From the NCBI GenBank assembly GCA_050177605.1, contig JBFXGX010000022.1:12369-29885 (forward strand): a stretch of 17,517 nt of DNA, in the 5' to 3' direction. This document shows positions 1 to 7,546 of the stretch, one piece after another. The notes below the pieces were generated by a model, which saw nothing but the letters and a program-made list of their open reading frames with translations, made no database searches and had not been told where the DNA came from. This DNA comes from Candidatus Izemoplasmatales bacterium. GTDB taxonomy: Bacteria > Bacillota_I > Bacilli_A > Izemoplasmatales > Hujiaoplasmataceae. Numbering within the stretch: position 1 is the stretch's first letter; the number at the start of each line of letters is the position of its first letter. A program made the translations under genes and the position numbers.

Positions 1-477
1 TAATACTCTTGGTTTCTTAACAAGTGCTCTTGCAATTGCGACACGTTGTTGTTGACCCCCGGATAGTTCTTTTGGTTTACGATCTAACATTTCTTTTAAT
101 CCAACTAGATCAGCCATTTCCGTTGTCATTTGGATTGCTTGTTCTTTTTCCACTTTTAAGTTTTGAAGAGGGAACAAAATGTTTTCTCTTACTGTCATGT
201 GTGGATACAAAGCGTAGTTTTGGAATACTAAACCAATTCCACGTTTTTCTGGAGGAGTGTTCGTAACTTCGTCGTCTCCAAAAAAGATTTCACCATCGTT
301 TTGTTTTAATAAACCAGCGATTAAATATAAAGTCGTTGATTTACCACAACCAGATGGCCCAAGTAAGCCAATCAGTTTGCCTGAAGGAATTGTTAAGTTA
401 ACTCCGTCAACAGCGCGAACTTCTTGTTTGTTCTTACTTGTAAAGATTTTTGTTAAATTCTGCATTCTAATTTCCAT
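1..477 (-). CDS. ABC transporter ATP-binding protein, MalK/MsmX/PotA-like (5' part; runs off the left window edge)
   Basis: Not in the ORF track because it is open-ended. Manual translation from ATG at 477 gives MEIRMQNLTKIF...GPSGCGKST (Walker A)...LVFQNYALYPHMTV (Q-loop)...LSGGQQQRVAIARAL (signature). SD AGGAGAAG at 481-488. Confidence 0.93.
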   Translation of the reverse strand, partial: MEIRMQNLTKIFTSKNKQEVRAVDGVNLTIPSGKLIGLLGPSGCGKSTTLYLIAGLLKQNDGEIFFGDDEVTNTPPEKRGIGLVFQNYALYPHMTVRENILFPLQNLKVEKEQAIQMTTEMADLVGLKEMLDRKPKELSGGQQQRVAIARALVKKPRVL

Positions 478-597
478 ATACTTCTCCTATAAATTAAAGA
501 ATTCACATAATTATATTATATAAAATTATATTTTATATTTCACCATTTTTTTATAAAACCAATGTTAATTTATTGTAAAAATACTCGTCCAGTAGAG

Positions 598-635
598 AAA
601 AAAAAAGAGGAACCTTTTGATGAAGGTATTCTCTC
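598..635 (-). terminator. Probable intrinsic terminator after the small membrane protein gene
   Basis: Imperfect stem GAGAAUACCUU/AAGGUUCCUC followed by a long U tract on the minus strand. Confidence 0.55.
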
Positions 636-917
636 TTAGTTAAAAAGAAGCATTTTGATGCCGGTGGTGACGTATCCTGAACCCAAAATAGAGTCTAATA
701 AATCGGTTTGGGTATAAACGTAATAAAAAACACCGCCGATGATGGCTAAAAAGATAAATAATTTAATAAATTTTTTCAAGAATACAAATAAACCTATGAC
801 TACAAAAATAGCGATGACTAGTAAGATTGCAGCTTGTAAGTAATATTCAAAGCCATTGAAGATAGATAAGAGTTGGTCGATGTATGGTTGAACAAAATCA
901 TTAATTGTTTGTAACAT
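636..917 (-). CDS. Small hypothetical membrane protein (93 aa, about 2 TM helices)
   Basis: Two hydrophobic stretches. SD AAGGGGGA upstream. TGgTATAAT extended -10 at 958-966. Confidence 0.75.
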   Translation of the reverse strand: MLQTINDFVQPYIDQLLSIFNGFEYYLQAAILLVIAIFVVIGLFVFLKKFIKLFIFLAIIGGVFYYVYTQTDLLDSILGSGYVTTGIKMLLFN

Positions 918-1002
918 CTATTTTTCCCCCTTATTAATTAAATCAGGTATATAAAATATTATACCACAATATTTAAAAACAAAAAGAATTTTTTGGTAGT
1001 TT

Positions 1003-1602
1003 TTAGAAAACTCGACGATTTTCTATTGCTTTCAATAGTGTCTGGTCATCTGCGTACTCTAAATTCGTTCCAACTGGCACGCCGTAGCCAATTCTTGTGA
1101 CTAATAAATCCGTTTTTTCGAGAACTCTTTTGATATACATTGCAGTTGTTTCGCCCTCTTGGGTAGCTGAGGTTGCAATAATGATTTCTTTCACTTCATC
1201 GTTCTCAACTCGCGACCAAAGAGATAACAGATTAATGTCGTTAGGTCCGACGCCATTGATTGGAGAAATAGCTCCATTTAACACATGATATCGTCCTTGA
1301 TACATTCCAGATTTTTCAATAGAAAAAACATCTTTAGAAGTTTCTACAACCATAATCTTGGAATGATCGCGAAGTTTATTCGTACAAATTTCACACTCAT
1401 CTTGATCAGTAAGATGATGACATGTTTTACAAGGTTTAATCAATTCTTTCGCACGAAGCAAGGCTTCACTAAATCGAACTGTCGTTTCTTGTTCAATCTC
1501 ATTGATGGTATAAAGAGCGTATCTCTCTGCAGTTTTTCTTCCTATCCCGGGATAATTCATAAACTCTTCAATTAAAGCCTCTAATGCTTTAGGGTATCCC
1601 AT
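1003..1602 (-). CDS. recR: Recombination mediator protein RecR
   Basis: PGIGRKTAER HhH motif, C4 zinc finger (CKTC...CEIC), Toprim motifs YHVLNG and EGETTA; canonical dnaX-ebfC-recR order. Confidence 0.97.
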   Translation of the reverse strand: MGYPKALEALIEEFMNYPGIGRKTAERYALYTINEIEQETTVRFSEALLRAKELIKPCKTCHHLTDQDECEICTNKLRDHSKIMVVETSKDVFSIEKSGMYQGRYHVLNGAISPINGVGPNDINLLSLWSRVENDEVKEIIIATSATQEGETTAMYIKRVLEKTDLLVTRIGYGVPVGTNLEYADDQTLLKAIENRRVF

Positions 1603-1605
1603 TGT

Positions 1606-1914
1606 TTAAAACATCCCTGGAATTTTAATTCCTTGAGTAATTGCACCCATGGTTTCTTCTAGTTCACGGTCTACTTTTTTAAGCGCATCGTTCACTGCTA
1701 CCGTAATTAGGTCTTGTAACATTTCAACATCGTCTAAATTAATTTCATCTTTTTTAATTTCAACTGACAAAACTTCCTTTGATCCTTTCACTGCAACTTT
1801 AACAACTGACCCACCTGCTTGACCATAAAAAGTAGAAGCGTTTATTTCCGCTTGCGCACGTTTAATATCTTCTTGCATCTTCTGAATTTTCTTAACCATT
1901 TGTGGATTAATCAT
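1606..1914 (-). CDS. ebfC: YbaB/EbfC family nucleoid-associated protein
   Basis: QKMQ...AGG..VKV...DVEMLQDLITVAVNDAL; lies between dnaX and recR. Confidence 0.93.
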   Translation of the reverse strand: MINPQMVKKIQKMQEDIKRAQAEINASTFYGQAGGSVVKVAVKGSKEVLSVEIKKDEINLDDVEMLQDLITVAVNDALKKVDRELEETMGAITQGIKIPGMF

Positions 1915-1928
1915 CTATTTTCACCTCT

Positions 1929-3791
1929 TTACTTTTTTACTTTCACTAAATCTCCGAATAGTCCGATTGCATCACTAACAACTTTTTTCTCAAGCTCGAT
2001 TGTTGGAACTACTTTTTCTTCAACAGAAACATCAGATAATTCGTTCGATACGATTGGAGATAACTTTATTTTCCTTTTCCCTTGTCTCCAAAGGTTCGCA
2101 AATTCATCTGCAATCTCTGCAAATATATTTTCAGGTAAAGCCATAAATTCAATTTCTCTTTTAAAAGCGTTCTGTAATACATCCTCTACGATTCTTCGGT
2201 TGCTTGGCTTCATTAGCCTGTTACATGCTCCTGCGCTAGGAAAAGTAACGATGATTTTATCGACAGAACTAGCAACGAGCGTTGAAGACTCAAGGACAAT
2301 CGCAAATTGATTGAATAATCCGGATGGATTTGATTTTGCAATTTGATCCCATCGATCTAATAATAAATTTTTATCTTCTCTGTTTCCGTTATTGAGAACT
2401 TCTTCGACGAACTCAATTGGATAGGTTTTTGAAATATCCGTTTGACTTTCATGAATTATTACTTTGACTGGTGAAGGTGTTTCTACCGCCACTTCGCTTT
2501 CATCAAACAAAGAGTGTTCGTGGATGCTATCTAAGACTTCTTCTTCAATCTCGGTTTCATCGTTATGTATCTCTTCTGAATCGCTCGAATCATCATCTAA
2601 AACTTGAATAACGGTTTCCTTTTGAACAACGATTGGTGCACGATTTTCAAGCTCATTAATTCTTTTCTCGAGTTGTTCAATTTGAAACATCCATTTTGCT
2701 TCGCTTCCTTCTTCGATGTCTGTCATTTTGAGGAAAGCGAGTTCAAGTAATAGTTTTGGATTATTACTCCATTTAATGTCATTCATCGTTTGATTCAAAA
2801 TATCCATATAGAAAAAGATACGTTGGTTATTTAACGAACTAGATAATGCAATAAACCTTTCGTTAGCAAAGAGACTGCTTGCGGATTCTTTTTTTCCAAC
2901 GTTTTTAAGCATTAATAAGTCGCGATAAAATTCGAGTAAATTAGAGACGATTTTTTGAACTTCTTTTCCATCAATAATGAGTTCATTCATTGCTTGAATT
3001 GCTTTGGCAGAGTCCATCGATAAAATCGATTCTACAATATCAAGTTGTTTGTGATAGGAGATCGCGCCACAGATTTGATTCACATCTTCAAGTGTAATCT
3101 TTTCTGGGCTGAATGCGACAGCTTGGTCTAGAAGCCCAATCGCGTCACGAAGACCACCTTCTGCGTAAATTGCGATTTGTTCAAGCGCTTCTTCATCAAT
3201 TGTGATTTGTTCTTGTTTAATGATATCTTTTAATTTTAATGTGATTTCCTTTGGCGTAATCGATTTAAAATCAAATCGTTGACAACGGGAATGGATTGTT
3301 AGTGGAATCTTTTGGGGTTCAGTTGTACAGAGAATAAAGATTACATGAGCAGGTGGTTCTTCTAATGTTTTTAATAACGCATTAAAAGCACCTGTAGATA
3401 ACATGTGCACTTCATCAATAATATATACTTTATATTTTACGTATCCAGGTAAATATTTAACTTTGTCTCTAATCTCACGGATTTCATCAACACCGTTATT
3501 ACTAGCGGCATCAATCTCAATCACATCATTAATAGAATTATTTTGGATTCCCTTACAACTTTCGCATTCATTGCACGGATTATCCACTGGTGCGTGTTCG
3601 CAGTTCACTGCTTTAGCGAAAATTTTTGCGATAGATGTCTTACCAGTTCCTCTTGGACCACTAAATAAATAAGCATGTTGAACCTTCCCGCTTTTCAACG
3701 CGTTTTGTAAGGTAGTTGTAATATGCTTTTGCCCAGCAACTTCAGTAAAATCACTTGGACGATAGGTTCTATATAACGCTCTATAGCTCAT
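1929..3791 (-). CDS. dnaX: DNA polymerase III subunit gamma/tau
   Basis: ALYRTYRP, GPRGTGKT Walker A, Cys zinc module, EIDAASNNGVD, IIDEVHML, SRC motif; acidic linker and C-terminal domain. Confidence 0.98.
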   Translation of the reverse strand: MSYRALYRTYRPSDFTEVAGQKHITTTLQNALKSGKVQHAYLFSGPRGTGKTSIAKIFAKAVNCEHAPVDNPCNECESCKGIQNNSINDVIEIDAASNNGVDEIREIRDKVKYLPGYVKYKVYIIDEVHMLSTGAFNALLKTLEEPPAHVIFILCTTEPQKIPLTIHSRCQRFDFKSITPKEITLKLKDIIKQEQITIDEEALEQIAIYAEGGLRDAIGLLDQAVAFSPEKITLEDVNQICGAISYHKQLDIVESILSMDSAKAIQAMNELIIDGKEVQKIVSNLLEFYRDLLMLKNVGKKESASSLFANERFIALSSSLNNQRIFFYMDILNQTMNDIKWSNNPKLLLELAFLKMTDIEEGSEAKWMFQIEQLEKRINELENRAPIVVQKETVIQVLDDDSSDSEEIHNDETEIEEEVLDSIHEHSLFDESEVAVETPSPVKVIIHESQTDISKTYPIEFVEEVLNNGNREDKNLLLDRWDQIAKSNPSGLFNQFAIVLESSTLVASSVDKIIVTFPSAGACNRLMKPSNRRIVEDVLQNAFKREIEFMALPENIFAEIADEFANLWRQGKRKIKLSPIVSNELSDVSVEEKVVPTIELEKKVVSDAIGLFGDLVKVKK

Positions 3792-3794
3792 AAT

Positions 3795-4520
3795 TCATCG
3801 CCTTTCTTCTAATTGTTTATTAACAAAATCATGGGGTGGATTAATATAGACAGTACTATGATCTCCGTCGATAAATAAAAAATCCCCATTTTTTATATTG
3901 TAGCCATAAATTCCCGGTACGATCATACTAACTAAATCTTTCGTTCTAGCGATAATTGCGGCATGTTGATTATAGGTTCCGTTTTCAGTAACGAACCCCA
4001 GTACATCATTCTTTTCACACGCAAAAATAATAGATGGTTTCATTTGTTTCATAATGATAATTCGAGAATCTTCAAACTTAAGATTGACTTCATATGTTTT
4101 AGATTGAATCGTATAAAGAACTCTAGATGTTGCATCTTCGATATCTACAATACGATGTCTCATATATTCATTGTCAAGTTTTTTAAAAAGAAGGATAACT
4201 TCTTCTGATGCTTGTTTGTAAGCGTCATAAGCTGACTTTCCTTCTTCAATCAATCGATAGGTCGTTTCTAAAAGGGCGGGGTCACTTATCATCAAACGAT
4301 GTACTTCAAAAATCACAGAAATACGATCATTAAATAGCAGCGTGGCAGTTTGCATTTGTTCGTATAGTTTTGCCGATGCTGCACTAATCGCATCCTCTAA
4401 GATTTGTTTTTGATCTCCTGTGCTTTGCATGCTAGGCAGAATATCAGCGTCATCTTGAATAACATAGACTCTACCATAAGCAAAACCAGGGCTTAATACT
4501 TTTCCAGGTAACTTCGTCAA
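3795..4520 (-). CDS. Stand-alone PTS Enzyme I N-terminal domain protein (HPr-binding helical subdomain plus phospho-His swivel subdomain; no PEP-binding barrel)
   Basis: Colinear with roughly the first 245 residues of PtsI as I recall them: SPGFAYG, IFEVH..MISDP, LDNEYMRHRIVDIED, VLGFVTENGTYNQHAAIIAR, IDG...VYINP. Likely start is TTG at 4520 (SD GGGGTGA 5 nt upstream); the ORF track uses GTG at 4529. Confidence 0.85.
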   Translation of the reverse strand: MTKLPGKVLSPGFAYGRVYVIQDDADILPSMQSTGDQKQILEDAISAASAKLYEQMQTATLLFNDRISVIFEVHRLMISDPALLETTYRLIEEGKSAYDAYKQASEEVILLFKKLDNEYMRHRIVDIEDATSRVLYTIQSKTYEVNLKFEDSRIIIMKQMKPSIIFACEKNDVLGFVTENGTYNQHAAIIARTKDLVSMIVPGIYGYNIKNGDFLFIDGDHSTVYINPPHDFVNKQLEERR

Positions 4521-4541
4521 GCCTCTCACCCCTACACTTCT

Positions 4542-4550
4542 ATTATACCA
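4542..4550 (-). promoter_or_regulatory. Extended -10 promoter (TGgTATAAT) for the EIN-dnaX-ebfC-recR operon
   Basis: Minus strand reads ttttTGGTATAATagaag, directly after the upstream terminator U tract; no consensus -35. Confidence 0.6.
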
Positions 4551-4572
4551 AAAAAGAGCGGCATTTGCTCTT
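4550..4572 (-). terminator. Intrinsic terminator of the 160-aa membrane protein gene
   Basis: AAGAGC-aaaugcc-GCUCUU plus UUUU, overlapping the stop codon. Confidence 0.65.
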
Positions 4573-5053
4573 AATTATTTGAAAGTTCGGTCAACTTTTC
4601 TTCTACAATTTGAATAGCAAAAGCCATTGCTCTTCCTTCTAAAGAATCCGCGCGGAACTTCTTTTTAAGTTTCTCTACTGTATAAATTTCGGATTCTCCA
4701 TTTTTATAGATTTCGAATGCAACATGCATTTGTGTTTGAAACACAGAAGATCGTTGTAATTTTCGGAACTCTTCAATAAAAAATGTTTTTGATTCTGTCA
4801 TTTTCTTTGCGATAAGCGCATAAAAATCTCCTTCTTCATCAACTTTTTTTGTCTTATTCGCAATCCACTGCATTAAAGCGTCTCCTCCGTAATAAATCAT
4901 TGTAAACGGAAGGGGTAGCAACCATAAAATCCACAACTCTGATACGCTTGCGCCAACAGAAAAATAGAGGTAAAGGGAATACCCTAATACGATTAATGAA
5001 GTTAATCCAAAAACTGTGTAATAAAAACTCTTTGGTTTTTTATGTTGTCTCAT
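4571..5053 (-). CDS. Hypothetical membrane protein (2 N-terminal TM segments plus soluble C-terminal domain)
   Basis: 160-aa ORF, SD AAGGTGA, TATAAT at 5071-5076, own terminator. Confidence 0.75.
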   Translation of the reverse strand: MRQHKKPKSFYYTVFGLTSLIVLGYSLYLYFSVGASVSELWILWLLPLPFTMIYYGGDALMQWIANKTKKVDEEGDFYALIAKKMTESKTFFIEEFRKLQRSSVFQTQMHVAFEIYKNGESEIYTVEKLKKKFRADSLEGRAMAFAIQIVEEKLTELSNN

Positions 5054-5119
5054 GTCATCACCTTAAAAGTATTATACAATAAATTATCGATTCTGTGGTA
5101 AAATATTTACGGTGATATT

Positions 5120-6469
5120 ATGGTATTTGATACAATTGTAGGTATCTCTACAAAACTTGGCGAAAGTGCCATCAACGTGATTCGCGTGAGTGGCGATGAT
5201 GCATTTGAGATTGTGAATAAGATATTTAAAGGCCCAGATTTAAGCCTTGTTTCTTCTCATACTATCCACTATGGCTGGATTAAAGATGGAGAAAGAACCG
5301 TTGATGAAGTCATGCTTAGTGTTTTCAAAAAACCAAGAAGTTTTACAAGCGAAGATACGGTGGAAATTAATTGCCACGGTGGCTATTATATTGCCAACGA
5401 AATACTTAAATTATTACTTAAAAACGGATGTCGGTTAGCGAGAAATGGAGAGTTTTCTGAGCGCGCCTATCTTCTTGGAAGAATTGACCTAACGAAAGCT
5501 GAAAGCATTATGGATGTCATCAATGCAAAAACAACCGCTCAATTAGAAGTAGCTCATATGCAGTTAAGAGGCGATGTTTTTAAATTAGTTTCTTCTTTAC
5601 AGGATGAACTTCTAGATATCATTGCTCAAATTGAAGTCAATATCGATTACCCTGAATATGATGACGCCGTTGTTATTACAAGAGATATTATCGAACCAAA
5701 AATCATTGAGTTACTAGAAAAAATAAATCATGTGTTAAAAACCTCTAATACTGGAAAAGTAATGCGTGAAGGCATCAAAACAGTCATCGTAGGAAAACCC
5801 AATGTTGGTAAATCAAGCTTATTAAATTCTTTACTAAAAGAAGAGAAAGCTATCGTAACGGATATATCTGGAACTACCAGAGATTTAATCGAAGCTGAAC
5901 TGAATTTAAATGGGATCTTATTGCAATTAATTGATACTGCAGGGATTAGAGATACAGAAGATACTGTGGAAAAAATTGGAATCGAAAGAACAAAAAAAGC
6001 ATTAAACCAAGCATCCTTAGTTCTTCTTGTGATTGATCATAGTCAAAAACTATCTATACAAGATGAAGAGTTGCTCGAACTAACAAAGAATAAAGCAAGA
6101 ATCATTGTTGGTAACAAAGCGGATCTTGGTAAGCTAAATGAATTAAAAGGCGAAACGATTATTCCTATATCTGCCAAGAATAATTCAGGTCTAGATCTTC
6201 TAGAAAATGAAGTTCGTCGATTATTTATCGATGAAGCGCTCATCGACAATCACGAAACACTTCTTTCGAACACTAGACATATTTCTAAAATGGAGGAAGC
6301 AAAACAAAACCTCGAGGACGCTCTTTCATCCGCTAAAGCTAATTTGCCTGTGGATTTAATCGAGATTGATGTGAAATCGGCTTGGCATCATTTAGGCGAA
6401 ATTACTGGCACTGCTTCTAGTGAAGACTTGATTGATTCACTCTTCTCAAAATTCTGCTTAGGGAAATAA
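5120..6469 (+). CDS. mnmE: tRNA modification GTPase MnmE (TrmE)
   Basis: DTIVGIST, VIRVSG, EINCHGG, GKPNVGKSS, GTTRD, DTAGIR, NKAD, C-terminal FCLGK. Confidence 0.98.
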   Translation: MVFDTIVGISTKLGESAINVIRVSGDDAFEIVNKIFKGPDLSLVSSHTIHYGWIKDGERTVDEVMLSVFKKPRSFTSEDTVEINCHGGYYIANEILKLLLKNGCRLARNGEFSERAYLLGRIDLTKAESIMDVINAKTTAQLEVAHMQLRGDVFKLVSSLQDELLDIIAQIEVNIDYPEYDDAVVITRDIIEPKIIELLEKINHVLKTSNTGKVMREGIKTVIVGKPNVGKSSLLNSLLKEEKAIVTDISGTTRDLIEAELNLNGILLQLIDTAGIRDTEDTVEKIGIERTKKALNQASLVLLVIDHSQKLSIQDEELLELTKNKARIIVGNKADLGKLNELKGETIIPISAKNNSGLDLLENEVRRLFIDEALIDNHETLLSNTRHISKMEEAKQNLEDALSSAKANLPVDLIEIDVKSAWHHLGEITGTASSEDLIDSLFSKFCLGK

Positions 6470-6485
6470 TGTTTCACGTGAAACT
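6470..6485. promoter_or_regulatory. parS centromere-like site (ParB/Spo0J binding)
   Basis: TGTTTCACGTGAAACT is a 15/16 match to the consensus TGTTTCACGTGAAACA, with a perfect 14-bp palindrome core, and is intergenic. Confidence 0.8.
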
Positions 6486-6487
6486 TT

Positions 6488-6532
6488 AAAAAAAATAAAG
6501 CACAAAATCTTCCTGGTTTTGTGCTTTTTCTT
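6488..6532. terminator. Bidirectional intrinsic terminator between convergent mnmE and ttcA
   Basis: AAAGCACAAAA (6497-6507) / TTTTGTGCTTT (6517-6527), flanked by A and T tracts. Confidence 0.8.
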
Positions 6533-6550
6533 CATATAATCATCATTAAA

Positions 6551-7381
6551 TTATTCTACAATATGATCGTAATCATCTAAAAAGGATACTTTGGTTTCGT
6601 CGTCATAATACCCTAAAATACTTTTTATATTCACGTTCTCTGCGGCTCTGAAGATGTTAATATCCGTATTGATATACTTTTTCCTCATCTCATCCACAAG
6701 TAATTTCATCTCTCTTCGCTTTGAATCGAGTTGACATGAAGCAACTTTACAACCACAATTCATCGTTTCTAATTTGTGATAATTCATAAACCGGACAACA
6801 TCTTGTTCTTTAACAAAGTATAGCGGACGTATAAGTTCAATTTCCTCAAAGTTTTTCGATTTCGCCTTTGGCAACATCGTTTTAAAAGACCCTGCATAAA
6901 AGATGTTTAGTAATGTTGTTTCAATCACATCATCAAAGTGATGACCAAGTGCTAGCTTATTACAGCCAAGTTCTTTCGCATATTTATATAGGAAACCCCT
7001 ACGCATACGTGCACACAAGAAACAAGGTGATTCAGGCGACATTCCTTCGGCTATTTCAAACACTTTCGATGGTTTGACTTTCACATCAATGCCTAAACGT
7101 TTGCAGTTTTCTAAGTGATGCGCTAAATGTTCTTCTGTAAAACCTGGATCCATCGTAATGAACTCAAGCTCAAAAGGAACAGGCGAATGTTGTTTTAATA
7201 CTTGAAACAACTTCGCAAGTAATAAAGAATCCTTCCCACCCGATAAAGCGATAGCAATTTTATCTCCTGGTTTAATTAACTGATATTCATCAATAGCTCG
7301 TAAGAACTTCGAATAGATCGGCCCTTTAAACCTCTTCATCAAACTTCTTTCTACGAGTTGTATATAAGAAAACTCTCTCAT
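6551..7381 (-). CDS. ttcA: tRNA 2-thiocytidine(32) synthetase TtcA family protein
   Basis: PP-loop SGGKDS, CFLCARMRRG, ALGHHFDD, LIRPL, C-terminal CGC...C. Confidence 0.88.
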   Translation of the reverse strand: MREFSYIQLVERSLMKRFKGPIYSKFLRAIDEYQLIKPGDKIAIALSGGKDSLLLAKLFQVLKQHSPVPFELEFITMDPGFTEEHLAHHLENCKRLGIDVKVKPSKVFEIAEGMSPESPCFLCARMRRGFLYKYAKELGCNKLALGHHFDDVIETTLLNIFYAGSFKTMLPKAKSKNFEEIELIRPLYFVKEQDVVRFMNYHKLETMNCGCKVASCQLDSKRREMKLLVDEMRKKYINTDINIFRAAENVNIKSILGYYDDETKVSFLDDYDHIVE

Positions 7382-7403
7382 TCTTTCACCTCAAATATGC
7401 TAT

Positions 7404-7432
7404 ATTATACACAAAGTGAAGTACTTTGTAAA
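7404..7432 (-). promoter_or_regulatory. sigmaA-type promoter of ttcA containing an inverted repeat
   Basis: TTTACA-17 nt-TATAAT on the minus strand; ACAAAGT-N5-ACTTTGT at 7411-7429. Confidence 0.65.
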
Positions 7433-7476
7433 TAGTCATACTTTTCGTAATAATTTAAAATAATTAAAAATAATTC

Positions 7477-7505
7477 TTGATAAACTAAAAAGTTAGTGAT
7501 ATAAT
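7477..7505 (+). promoter_or_regulatory. sigmaA-type promoter of the hypothetical-nfeD-RDD-SPFH operon
   Basis: TTGATA (7477-7482)-17 nt-TATAAT (7500-7505) with extended TG. Confidence 0.75.
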
Positions 7506-7546
7506 TATAAATGTAAAAAATTCGTATTATAATGGAGGTTGGTCTC

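Noticed and set aside
509..538. AT-only inverted and direct repeats upstream of the ABC ATPase (ATATAAAAT-tat-ATTTTATAT)
   Set aside because: Pure A/T low complexity in a promoter region; expected by chance.
2888..2897. In-frame slippery heptamer A AAA AAA in dnaX (GGA AAA AAA GAA) as a gamma-producing -1 frameshift site
   Set aside because: It lies at about codon 299, inside the collar domain and too early for a functional gamma. I saw no obvious stimulatory element, and A runs are common in this AT-rich DNA.
3795..3797. Genetic code 4 (TGA=Trp), which would make EIN-DnaX a constitutive fusion
   Set aside because: All long conserved ORFs are intact under code 11 and use TGG for Trp. An AT-rich code-4 genome would show many internal TGA codons.
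3792..4570. SRP RNA gene expected upstream of dnaX, as in Bacillus
   Set aside because: There is no intergenic room and no SRP domain IV motif was seen; the EIN gene occupies this position.
200..6698. Scattered 8/9 DnaA-box-like 9-mers (near 200, 1901, 3580 and 6690)
   Set aside because: All are isolated, imperfect and inside coding regions; there is no oriC-like cluster.
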